The notes under the pieces were generated by a model, which ran no database searches, was not told the DNA's origin, and worked only from the letters and a program-made list of their open reading frames with translations. Shown piece after piece: positions 27,069-40,329 of a stretch of DNA of 64,000 nucleotides. Source of the DNA: Eledone cirrhosa. Lineage: Eukaryota. The stretch covers positions 163,494,001 through 163,558,000 of the forward strand of contig OZ024741.1 in NCBI GenBank assembly GCA_964016885.1, in the 5' to 3' direction. Numbering within the stretch: position 1 is the first letter of the stretch; every line of letters starts with the position of its first letter. Made by a program: the position numbers and the translations under genes.

Positions 27069-29953
27069 AGGAACCAAATGGACCATAACGCACCAGAGTA
27101 CTCAATACTTAGGGTAGTAGAATGGGAAATAGGAAAAAGTATGACCCCGACGGCAGAGCTCAAGCCGTTTCGACGGCTATTTCTGGACTAAATGAGAATG
27201 TTTAGCCTAGTGAATAAATAGACGAACTTTTCAATGGGGTACTTCCTTATCTGGGAAGTTTGTAGTTGTCAAGAGGATTGGTTAAAATTTGTTGTAAACA
27301 GAAATAAGTCTATCATTTGGTGGGAAGTAGGGGTGGCTGAACTTGCCTGTAGAACAATAAAGGAGTGAGTGAAGCGGTCAAGCGTTGAAAGTGATATGTA
27401 TACATCAGATTCTAACGATAGTGTATGATATGGGGGAGGGAGGTTATAGAATAGGTAAATCGAAAGAGAGTAGGAGACAATAAAAGATACTAGAAATAAA
27501 TAAAAAATATAAAAAAATATATAAAATTAGATAATGAGAAATGAATAAATAAATCACAATGCTATCTTACAATTACAGGGTAATAAGTTGAGAATAGAAA
27601 AAACTTATAGAAATTACAAAACAGATACAAACTTAAAGGGTTTTTTTACAAATCTGCTATAAGTAGTTAGTAAAACGTATTCGGCCAATTCTATCCTAAA
27701 ATAACAGGGGTGGGGGAACTGATGCTACAAGGCCCGATGACCTGCATCGGGGTAGGCGAAAGGGGAAAGCAGACGAGGAAGAAAATAGGGGGTGGAAGGA
27801 AATGATAGGATGAGACAGGGGGAAGAAGGAGACAAAGAGGAAAATAAAAGAGAAACATTTACCTATGTAAGCTGGGGTTTCCCCTAACTTATTCGGCAAG
27901 TGTGTGTGTGGGGGGTGTCAGCCCTTGTCTACTCACCTGGGTCGTTATAGGGTTTGAGGGCGAGGTAAGTCCTACGCAATATGTGTTTGCATGCGGTTAC
28001 CAATTCATCTTTCTTGTTTAGGAGTTGGTCCTTCGAAAAAGCATTTGTAATGTTTCCTCCCAGCATAAGTTACATGGACGGCGTCCTCCCGTGTAAGAGT
28101 GAGCTCTGGACAGTAAGCTCCAAGTGAGATTGTAGGTTATATGTTATCTTGGAGGTCCCACATGTGGCCCGAAAGTGTAGTGGCATGTCGCCGGACCGGG
28201 TTTCGGAAAGTGTGTCGGTGTTGGTAGAGCCTGGTCTTGAAGTCACATGCGGTTAATCCTATATAAGCTTTGTTGGAGATGTCCGTCCTCACGTTTCACT
28301 GGTAGATCACGTTATTTTCTCGGCATTTGTTGTTGAGGGGGCACGTGGATCTATCAGGGCAGTTACACCTCGGCTCTCCACTGATGTCTAGGTTATTTCT
28401 TCCATAGGGGTTGAGTTTTTTGTTGTTTGAGGAGACGATGTTTTGTGCGAAGTTAGGTGTGGTGCTGTAGGAGAGTTTGATGGTGTTTTTGTTGATTATG
28501 TGGTGGTAGCGGTGTTGTAGTGGGAAGTGTTTTTCGAGGAGTCTAAAGAAGATTTTCCCGATAGGTGTTGCCACCTCGGCATTGTGGGGAGGATTGAACC
28601 ACGTTACGTTGCGTGAGCAGCGGTGTCGCCTGCTGGTTCCTCTAAGGGAAGCTGGATAAAAGGATATTTCCTCCCGGAAGCCACTCCGCTTGAGGGCCTG
28701 GTTGTAATGAGGCGCGTGTTCGTCGAATATCTACTCATTAGCGGGCAAACGAGATATGCGGAGGGAGATGTTTTTAACCAGGTTATTGGTGATGTTTCTA
28801 GGAGGATTAGAGCGGCGGTGCATGTAGTGCAGGTTGTCGTTTGGTTTCCTGTATGGGTAGTACAGATTATTTTCGAGGTTTAGGGTAACGTCCAGGAAAT
28901 TTACTCGGGTTAGGGACGTTTGTAGGGTGATTTTAAATCCCCAGTCCCGGAAGAAGTTGATTAGTTGTTTACGGACCTGGTCTGTACTACTGGGGTTGTA
29001 CTCTTTGAAGGTGAGGAGCCCATCATCCAGTACGATCCACCGCCGAATGCAGGAAACATTTCGGTGAGTTTAAATAGTAAGAATAATCCTATAAGATCTG
29101 TGATCTCAGCCGAATCCGTAGCGCCCGGAGGAAACATTACAAATGCGGTTTTCGAAGGACCAACTCCTAAACAAGAAAGATGAACTGGTAACCGCATACA
29201 AACACAGTGCGTAGGACTTACCTAGCCCTCAAACCCTATAACGGCCCGGGTGGGTAGACAAGGGCTGATACCCCCCCCCCCCCCCACACACACACACACT
29301 TCTTGCCGAATAAGTTAGGGGAAACCCTTTCGCCTACCCCGATGCAGCTCATCGGGCCTTGTAGCATCAGTTCCCCTACCCCTGTTATTTTAAGATAGAA
29401 TTGGCCGAATACGTTTTACTAACTACTTATAGCAGATGTGTAAAAAAAACCCTTTAAGTTTGTATCTGTTTTGTAATTTCTATAAGTTTTTTCTATTCTC
29501 AACTTATTACCCTGTAATTGTAATATAGCATTGTGATATCTTTATTAATTTCTCACTATCTAATTTTATATTTTTTATTTCTTTCTAGTATCTTTTATTG
29601 TCTCCTACTCTCATTCGATTTACCTATTCTATAACCTCCCTCCCCCATATCATACACTATCGTTAGAATCTGATGTATACATATCACTTTCAACGCTTGA
29701 CCGCTTCACTCACTCCTCTATTGTTCTACAGGCAAGTTCAGCCACCCCTACCTCCCACCAAATGCCATGATAGACTTATTTCTGTTTACAACAAATTTTA
29801 ACCAATCCTCTTGACAACTACAATCTTCCCATATAAGGAAGTACCCCATTGAAAAGTTCGTCTATTTATTCACCAGGCTAAACATTCTAATTTAGTCCAG
29901 AAATAGCCGTCGAAACGGCTTGAGCTCTGCCGTTGGGGGTCATACTTTTTCCT
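27069..29953 (-). mobile_element. Truncated PLE (YRDD-type, parent of terminus family A) with a long inverted 3'-end duplication
   Basis: Frameshifted GATDSAEITDLIGLFLL..DDGL..NFLDVTL..WFNPP..NTIKLSYSTTPN..CNC..CPLNNKC..VIYQ..YIGLT..FKTR (27950-29126). 29127-29953 is the reverse complement of 27131-28060. Confidence 0.9.
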
Positions 29954-29972
29954 ATATATATATATATATATA

Positions 29973-30097
29973 TAACGAAGGAAATGTGGTAATGAACCAG
30001 GTGGACCATAACGCACCAAAGTACTCAATACTTAGGGTAGTAGAGTGGGTAATAGGAACGAGTAGGACTCCGACGGCTGAGCTCAAGCCGTTTCGAT
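29973..30097 (-). repeat. Solo PLE terminus family A
   Basis: Matches 27069-27172. Other pieces at ~9021-9095, 10463-10515, 36945-37002, 37615-37763, 39567-39642. Confidence 0.82.
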
Positions 30098-30732
30098 AAT
30101 ATATAAGGAGTTGACGGACCCAGCATATTTATCAATGTTAGTACCAGTTGTATCTTAGCGTACTCCATGGGCAATGTAAGATACATTCCCAGAGTATACA
30201 CATAGTTATTTGCTTCAACACACGTAAAACGGGTTCCTATAGTGGTTCCCGGACTCGCACTAATGCATCATTAAGGTGCACTGCACCATCCGCCTGCATA
30301 TATTATGCAACAATGCATAATCGGCTTGTGCGGCTTCATCAGCGGGTATCGCCTAATCAATAACGAATCGACCGACAGAATCCGAACACCAGTCCAAGCC
30401 AGTCATGACTTTTTGTGACGACTGACACCCGATACGATTCTATCTCTCAACTAGCCACCGATTTACAAATTTTACGTGGTAGCGGGAAGCTAAAGAATCA
30501 ACCTTTTCGCTCCCGTCAAAAGCTCTCAGCACAAAATTAAAGGTGAAAAGATAGCTAAGAGAAATAGCAGTTCACATCGATGAATAATATATATATATGA
30601 ACTTCTGTCTTCTATTGTAAGCTTCCTGTCGACATCGGTAAAATAAGTACGATTACTCGGTGATTAAATATATATTCCATCATGGCCGCTGTCCTGTCCA
30701 ATAAATGACACCAGTAAAAAATTACACGATGC

Positions 30733-30805
30733 AATATAATGTAATATAATATAATATAATATAATATAATATAATATAATATAATATAATATAACATGAT
30801 ATAAT
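30733..30805. repeat. (ATAAT)n microsatellite
   Basis: Directly visible pentamer run. Confidence 0.9.
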
Positions 30806-32356
30806 GCAACATATTACAATTTAGTATAATATGTATATATGATTGGACTTCTGACAGTTTCGACGATGAATTTTCCATATTTTCGATCAACGGAAAATCC
30901 TGCTTGCATAATTATCTTACAAGTTACTGAACATTCCACAAGCAGGCTTATCCTTAACCTAATTCTCAGAGATATTTAGGGTGTCACATCTTTTTATGAA
31001 GCTGGAATCTGACGTATATTCTGCGTTTTCCTTCTACTCGTTTGCACTCATGTAGCTTGGTTGTATTCGAGATTCAGTAAATGACATTTACCCAAGACAC
31101 AGCGACGATACGGAGTTTTATGTTTGCGAAAGGAACTTTTAACGATTTGAACATGTTGCATCTATTTCATATGTGTGTGTTTGTGGGTGCGCGTGTGTGT
31201 GTGTGTTCGTGTGTGTGTGCATGTTTTTCTGTATGTTTGTATATAGAGATAAACTGCTAATTATACAGGTCCCAATAGAACCTACATTATGGGGCTTTTA
31301 CATGGTCAACTTAGAATATAAATTCATAGGAAAATACTAACACACACTTCATACCAGATATGTAGATGTTATATTTTTGTGATGAAAAATTTTAGTAACT
31401 AAATACACGGTTTCGAAAATACTTCTGTAGTTCCTAATTTATTTAATATGCAATATTTGAATATTAAATAAATAAACAAAATATATATTTAATCAAATAT
31501 ACTAAAACTACTCACAAATCCTTATGGTCAGAACACCAATTATATAATATATCCTTCTCAGATCCTTTATATTTACCTACAAAACAGATACCCTGCAGCA
31601 ATACATTAAATTTAAAAAGAAACACTAGTCTCTAATGGATATGAAAATAATTCAGTAGAGCCAGCTACATTGCAATACATAAGCTAATTCAAAGTAATAA
31701 CTAGAAAAGATACAACACCTATTAAAACGAAATAACTAGATCTATACGTACCATATTCAGCCAGATTAAAGTAATTTATCTGACAGCAGTATACCTATTC
31801 ATAATGCTAGCGCTTATCTCCAATCGCCATAACAAACAACAAGCATGACAGCCATTATATCAACTACGAATGAACATTGCAATCTACAAATCCATATAAA
31901 ATCTGGAAGTTGTTAACTCCATAATTTTACTGTTGCATTAGACACGCGAATGCAACATAGCTTGGAAAGCTGCCCATGCATCTACACTATATACAATGAG
32001 GACTCATCGTAACACATTATATTATAGAGCAGAAAATTAAACATCATGAGCACACATTAGTTGATAACATAATATAGAATTCTCATGAGAATATACGACT
32101 GGTTTTGAAATCTATATTTATTACAAAATGTAATACAAAACTCAATGCACAGATAACGCACCCTATCAATTGTCAACATATTTTCTAATTGTTACTCTGA
32201 ACCTGACAGAAATGATTAGAGTTTCCTACATTTTCGTCCGATAAAAGGGTATTCAAACATCAAATGCATTTAGTCCAAACCAAACAATGCGAACTAATAA
32301 ACGATTGTAAAATATAACTGAATGTTTCATGCACGCACGCACACACACACACACGC

Positions 32357-32401
<45 letters not shown>

Positions 32402-32691
32402 AAGAGATAGACAAAAACTGACACAGACAAACAGACGCGCGAGCATACACCCACACACACACACGCGAGCATACCCCCCCCCCACACACACACACACTAC
32501 TTTCTACATGTGTGTCATTGCTAGAGGAAGTATACTAGTATATGTTATACAGCTTACACACGCTATCTGACAACAGATATCTAAATTAAAGTAAAGGGAT
32601 AATGTATTTTATCAACCAGTTGGCGAAACGTGTATTACAAAATAATGTCTTTATTGAAATAAAATAAATGCCTGTACATACACCCTCATTT

Positions 32692-32826
<135 letters not shown>

Positions 32827-33041
32827 GGTAACTCTATCTCGTGTTATTATTTTTATGTTTACGCTCTTCCCTACGTTCCTCTACACACTATACATCTCAT
32901 TCTACATTCCCTTACATCTCTCTCTTCACCACCGTATTCTGTTACCCGGAGATTTACCCATCTGCATTTTTGAGGCTTCCAAAACGACCCAAAAATTTTT
33001 TTTATTATTCCAGAATGCTTCAAGCAAACTTCAATACTCTC
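32827..33041 (+). repeat. Solo 3' terminus of the 6055-8915 PLE family
   Basis: Reverse-complement similarity to 6055-6286 (gttacccggagatttaccca..gaggcttccaaa..cttcaatactctc), (TA)n on both sides. Confidence 0.8.
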
Positions 33042-33067
33042 TTATATATATATATATATATATATGA

Positions 33068-33422
33068 GAAAGAGCGGGGCCAATTGAGGTGAAATAATTG
33101 TGCCGTATTGTTGTCGCATCTGATAACAACAAACCGGCACAATTATTTCTCTTCAATTGGCCCCGGTCTTTTTAACATTACATCAAAACACATTAAAACG
33201 GAAACAGACCCATTAAAGTTGAAGAAATCTTTGGACAAATTCCTTCAAAAAATTACGGATAAACTCCTACACTAGGATATGTCTCCGGAAACAATATCTG
33301 TCTACTTGGGTGGACCAGTGTGTCCAAATCGTGATTTGAAAGACTTCGCCAGGTGGTGCTATTATGTTAGACATGGCCTCGGCCAGTACTGGCCAAAACC
33401 AATCAAAGTTAAGTTATCAAAG
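33068..33422 (+). mobile_element. CR1/L2-type LINE 3' end with a short 5' inversion
   Basis: HNYFSSIGPGLFNITSKHIK..LKKSLDKFLQKITDK matches the F..RGP.LFN.LP..K..LD.FL..IPD C-terminus. 33068-33105 is an inverted copy of ~33136-33172. Confidence 0.65.
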
Positions 33423-33552
33423 ATATATATATATATATTTATATATATATATATATATGCAGAGGTTATATTTAATTTGTTGGCATTCAACAAGCTTAAC
33501 AATTTTTATAACTGATATAAAGCACTCAACAAGTAGGTGGAGTAAATACACA

Positions 33553-33672
33553 ATATATTAATAAATGGAAACTATATTTATAAAACCATATACCCGTGCC
33601 TTGGTTGCCCTTGAAATATGTATAATAAAATAAATATGGTTTTATAAATATAGTTTCCATTTATTAATATAT
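33553..33672. repeat. Inverted repeat (~39-bp arms) next to (TA)n
   Basis: atatattaataaatggaaactatatttataaaaccata / tatggttttataaatatagtttccatttattaatatat. Confidence 0.85.
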
Positions 33673-33677
33673 ATATA

Positions 33678-33721
<44 letters not shown>

Positions 33722-33729
33722 AATAAATA

Positions 33730-33821
<92 letters not shown>

Positions 33822-33831
33822 CATGTATATA

Positions 33832-34748
<917 letters not shown>

Positions 34749-34950
34749 AGTTTAGAAATTTTTCATTTGGCATATACAGAAATGGAAAAGGAAGGTGACG
34801 TTTCGGAACTGACGCTTTATCACAGAAAAAACTTTGTTTAAGAAAAATAAAATGTTAATATCTCAAACGAATATTCAGTTCCTAAACGTTAGATTCTATT
34901 TCTTCACATGGCATACGAGCTTCTAGCAACTCACGAACTTCACTTTATAG

Positions 34951-35098
34951 CAGACATGTCAAACTTGCGGCCCGCACAAATGTTTTTACAGCATGTAACA
35001 TTAATTGTAATGTGCACAATTAGTTGTCGTGTGCAGCCCTCAGACAACACAAATGTGATTCATGTGGTCCGTGGAAGACCCTCAGTTTAACATGCTTG
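34951..35098. mobile_element. hAT (Charlie-like) MITE
   Basis: Imperfect TIRs cagacatgtcaaact / agtttaacatgcttg with a perfect 8-bp TSD ctttatag (34943-34950, 35099-35106). Confidence 0.85.
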
Positions 35099-35812
35099 CT
35101 TTATAGTGTTTGTCGATGCAGACTCCCACATGTCTTCTCGTACTCTGTTATTTACATTATATCAATCTCAATATTATCTGTCTTTAATTAAACACATTAG
35201 TAATGGAGCTCAGTATTAACGACATCAGCCTGGTCTTATACATTACCTCTTTAATTAAGAGGTATCTAGAATATGCTGATCGCTGTATTGAGCTTTAAAT
35301 TCTAAACAACTCTGTATAGAGTGTAGCGCCACTTGGAAAGAGGGATAACAACTGTCAACACTGCCAGCAGTGATTTCCATAGATGAAAATGTGAGGCAAA
35401 ATCATTCATTGAATTATGTGTTGAAATACCTCATTTATATTTTCAGAGCAATACATCAATTAATATTAACACACGTTGTCGGCGATTATGTGACTGAGAT
35501 TTTAGAACTAAAATTTTTGACTACAGAAATGTTCGTTTATTACATTAATGGTATCTCCACTGATAGTTTTACATGATAGAGTCTTGAAAATTTAAAAGTT
35601 TGATTCAAATAGCTAGAATAAACGATTTATTGATGGCTATTTCCATAAATACTAGCAGTAAATATATTTATATGAATTTAATCATGAGGTAACAACTTAC
35701 CGTTTGATTCAGCATAATATTTTCCATCCATAATAGACGAATGCACGCATATATAAAATCGTAGACATTTAGGCACACACACACACACATACATACACAC
35801 ACACACACACAT

Positions 35813-35870
<58 letters not shown>

Positions 35871-35882
35871 GCACGCACACAC

Positions 35883-35921
<39 letters not shown>

Positions 35922-36169
35922 CATCCTGCTGCCAGATATTAGATTACGACCATACTGGAGTACCGTTTTCAAGAGTTTAGTCTATTATATCGACCCTAGT
36001 TTTGTTACAGTGTGAAACTTATTTAGCGAACACAGAATTCAACTTACAAGTTAATGGTAGGCAACACATGGTCAAGGTTCTGTGCATTGGAAACAAACCT
36101 GGAACAAGTTGTGACCCAAAGGTCTAAGCCACACTTCCACACTTGATTACATATGTATATATATATATG

Positions 36170-36280
<111 letters not shown>

Positions 36281-36282
36281 GT

Positions 36283-36333
<51 letters not shown>

Positions 36334-36458
36334 TGCGTGTGTGTGTGTGTGTGTGTGTCTGTGTGTATGTCCGTGTGTGTGTGTGTGTGTTTATCCCAGG
36401 TCCAATCGGCACGAACAGTAAGTAAGGTACTCAATACATAGCAGAGTATAAATATTTA

Positions 36459-36663
36459 ATATAGAAATGGCTTCGACAGGACTAGAACTGTTTCATTCGG
36501 GAGAAATCATGATGAATTCTCCCGAATTAAAGACTTCTAGTCCTGTAAACGCCATTTCTATATTATATATATATAAATCAAGTTTAATATAGAAATGGCT
36601 TCTACATGGCTAGAACTGTTTCGCCCGAAATAAATCACCAGGAATCCATTTCTATATTAAACT
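36459..36663. repeat. Two adjacent fold-backs of terminus family D
   Basis: aatatagaaatggc...gccatttctatatt (36459-36563) and agtttaatatagaaatgg...ccatttctatattaaact (36581-36663). They share gaaacagttctag with ~23778-23790. Confidence 0.78.
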
Positions 36664-37000
36664 GGGTGTTTACACTTTATTAATGAATTGAGTACCCTAC
36701 TTACTGAGGTTACCATCGATTGATGTCGAGATTCACACAGATGAAGGTTATACACTATGTACACATCATCCTAGATCACTGACCCCTCCACGTGACAGAC
36801 AAGAAAAACACCAAACCTTTAGGATTTTTTGCTTAGATTTATTTTTTTGCCATGTTTGCTTTTTATGGCTTTGACTGCGTGCCCATATATGGACTGTACC
36901 GCTTGATAAGTTCAGCTATATTCCCGCCGTTCTAATACTGGTGGCTAGGTTCGGATCTAGCTATCGAAACGGTCGGAGCACAGCAGTCGGGGTACTGACT

Positions 37001-37109
<109 letters not shown>

Positions 37110-37555
37110 GAGAAAGACAGAGACAGAGAGTCCAATATGAACTTCTAACACTATAAACTTAGGTAATCAGCTACATATTTTCATTGATGCTATCTTTAAA
37201 AGACACATCTATTTATTTATTTTAATTTCTAAACTTTTACCAATGATGAATGAACGTATGTGTATATCCCAACATTAAAATAAAGCGAAACTAGTGAGAG
37301 TTATATAAGATTTAAGGTAGAATACGCACGCTGCAATAAATAGACTTCATTTTGCCTCTTTTCATTTCAACTGAATTAAATTCCGCATTTTGAGATATAA
37401 AGATAAATTTTATGTCCTTTACTTTAAAGAAACGCGTTTAATATTTCGATTTAGGAAATGTTAAACATTTTATATTTATTGATAATTCTTATATAATATC
37501 TTATATCTGAATATATCATATTTCATATGATATATATATGTATGTATATATATAT

Positions 37556-37614
<59 letters not shown>

Positions 37615-38200
37615 GTATGACCTCGACGGCAGAGCTCAAGCCGTATCGAAGGCTATTTCTGGACTCCGTCATGCATTTTCCTATTACCCACCGTACTACC
37701 CTAAGCATTGAGAACTCTGGTGCGTTATCGTCTATCTGGTTCCTTACCACAACTCCTTCGTTATATATATATATATATATATATTTTTAATATTTTTGAT
37801 ATTTCTCTACACACAGGCTTCTATCATACATATATAAAAAAATAGTTTACCAATATAACCCCCATAATACTCTTGATTGCCCGCTTAAACTGCTTGTATT
37901 ACATATAACACCCTGCCGCACTATAATCTTATATAAATAAGACACACGTGCATGCCCCACGTGTAACTATTGCATACACTAACTACTTCAAACTATCCTC
38001 TTGCTTTATCTTCGTAAACTGCCAATGTTGTATTTTAACTTTAATTTTGTTCTTTAATATGACTTTAATCTTTAAATGTAAATTGCCATGCTATAATATT
38101 ATAATGGATGTCAACCCACTGTGCGTCAATATATACATATGTTTCTGTATTTCTCTTGTGTTGGAAAGGAGGTCAAATATTTAAAAAAATCATTGAAACA

Positions 38201-38249
38201 TTGCTCCGAAGACTCCAAACCTCGGTTTGGAAGAAACAATTGTAAGCGA
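38201..38249 (+). ncRNA. Minimal type I hammerhead (CCGAAGA core) in a solo pLTR-like segment
   Basis: ttgct-CCGAAGA-c tccaaac ctcg gtttgga a-GAAA-CAATTG-TA-agcga, immediately followed by AATAAA. Confidence 0.75.
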
Positions 38250-38451
38250 ATAAATGGTTTAAACAGAACTTTGATTCATGTAATTTCTATATAACTGCTC
38301 TGTAGAACAACTGATGTTATTACATTGAGCTATTTGTCTTACTGTTAATAAGGTAGTAATAAGTTACTGTCTTTCACTATTTAGGGTTTAAAATATATAT
38401 AACTATAAAAGGTTTTAGTATATACATAACCATAAATAGTATCCTTAATAC

Positions 38452-38560
<109 letters not shown>

Positions 38561-39533
38561 GAATATAAAATGAAAGTGCTTTTATAAAGGAATTTATTAG
38601 GTATTGACATATGTTTCTGTAACAGACGGAATACCTATGTATCGCTGCTTGCGTAATCATATAATATTAGCACGTAATCGATAGCAAATGCATAATCAGA
38701 TGTCACTTCTTCAGAGATATTGGATAAATTGGAAAAAATCAGAAAAATCAAAGTATTTATATTAGTTGTAAGAAAGGAAGAAGAGAAGGGATTATATATG
38801 ACAGATGGCAATTCAATTTGCTGGTAAACAAGTATATAGAAGGTTTTTAATGAGAATACAATGAGTATATAATAAGAATTTTTGGGAGTGCCTATTTTAA
38901 TCTATATTTGACCATTTGAACAATGGACAGGGCTGGTTGTTTGGTGTAGTAGTATTAATACAGATATAAAGTGTCAAGTAAGGAAGAGAGAGATTTTCAC
39001 TGCTACTGTATAACAACAATGCTGGTAGCCTGCTGCTATATGCATTAGGGAATTGAATTAAGAAATCTCATTTTATATATAGCAGTTTATATTAAATGGT
39101 AAAGAATAGAAGAGTTGATAGAATTAGGACTAATAGAGAATGTTAATATGTATTTTGACAATCAAACGGAGATCGAGACAGGTGTTCAATCCTGCTAGCG
39201 TTTGTAATATGAAAATGTAGATTTCAAGCGATGGTTACAGTATAACGATCGCTCTATTCTGTTATTTAATAAAATATTTTTTGATTTCATAATACAAAAT
39301 ATATCCATATTACACAATTTACGAAATTCCTGTCCTTGCATTATACAGGGGCAGAAGCTATTATATCCCATTTTAGGTTAAATTGTTGGTTATTTTCGCG
39401 CAGCTGCCAAGCCTTCTCTGCGATGTTTTATCATGTTTTATCGAGTAACGATGTCTATAAAGGCGAGATTTGAAGGAGGTAGCTATATATTATCACTACA
39501 TTATTGTTAACTTGAAATTTATGTATGTATATA

Positions 39534-39568
<35 letters not shown>

Positions 39569-39639
39569 CGAATAAGGTGTGGTAGTACTCGATACTTAGG
39601 GTAGTAGAGTGGGTGGTAGGAAAAGATTCTGACTCTTTT

Positions 39640-39687
<48 letters not shown>

Positions 39688-39688
<1 letters not shown>

Positions 39689-39780
39689 ATTGTTTCTACT
39701 TTAGGCACAAGGCCAGCAATTACCCAGTACATTACTGGTACTTTATTTTATCGACCCCGTAAGGATGAATGGCAAAGTTA
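39688..39780 (-). mobile_element. SINE copy, 5'-truncated
   Basis: Core and tail. Abuts the family B terminus at 39781. Confidence 0.85.
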
Positions 39781-39945
39781 AGTAATAATAATAAATTTGA
39801 AGACTTAAATCCAAAGAGGGCTCGATAAGGATAAATATATATCAAATATATAAGAACCATAGAGCAAATATTTATTAAAATAACAGATTAAAGTTTAAGC
39901 TAAGAATCGCTGCTTTCACCCTTAACGGGATCTTCTGAAACTAAA
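39781..39945 (-). repeat. Solo PLE terminus family B
   Basis: Nearly identical to 47326-47490. Confidence 0.82.
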
Positions 39946-40329
39946 ATAAGAGCAAGAAGGAGGGGATCATTCTACTGACATGGCTATAAATTTGAGGCTG
40001 TTTGCATAATTGCAATTGAATCTAATATTATTATTAATATTTGAAAAACTCAGATTATATTTATTGTATTCAGCCATGTAGAGCGATCATTTTTTTTCCA
40101 CATAGATAGATAGATTTCTTTATTTACCATAAAGGCATAAAAAGAAGGGACAAATACAAAGGGGGAGTTTACATATAATCGAGTAAAAAGGGTGTAACAT
40201 GAAAATAATCGAAAATAACCTCAAAAGGGAGGGGACGTGATGGGGGTTGCACACACCCCCGAAAAAGTGTGCAATCCTTTGCCCGGGGAGCACATGGAGA
40301 AGGTGTTCCCCTCTCCTTTACTTCTTTAC

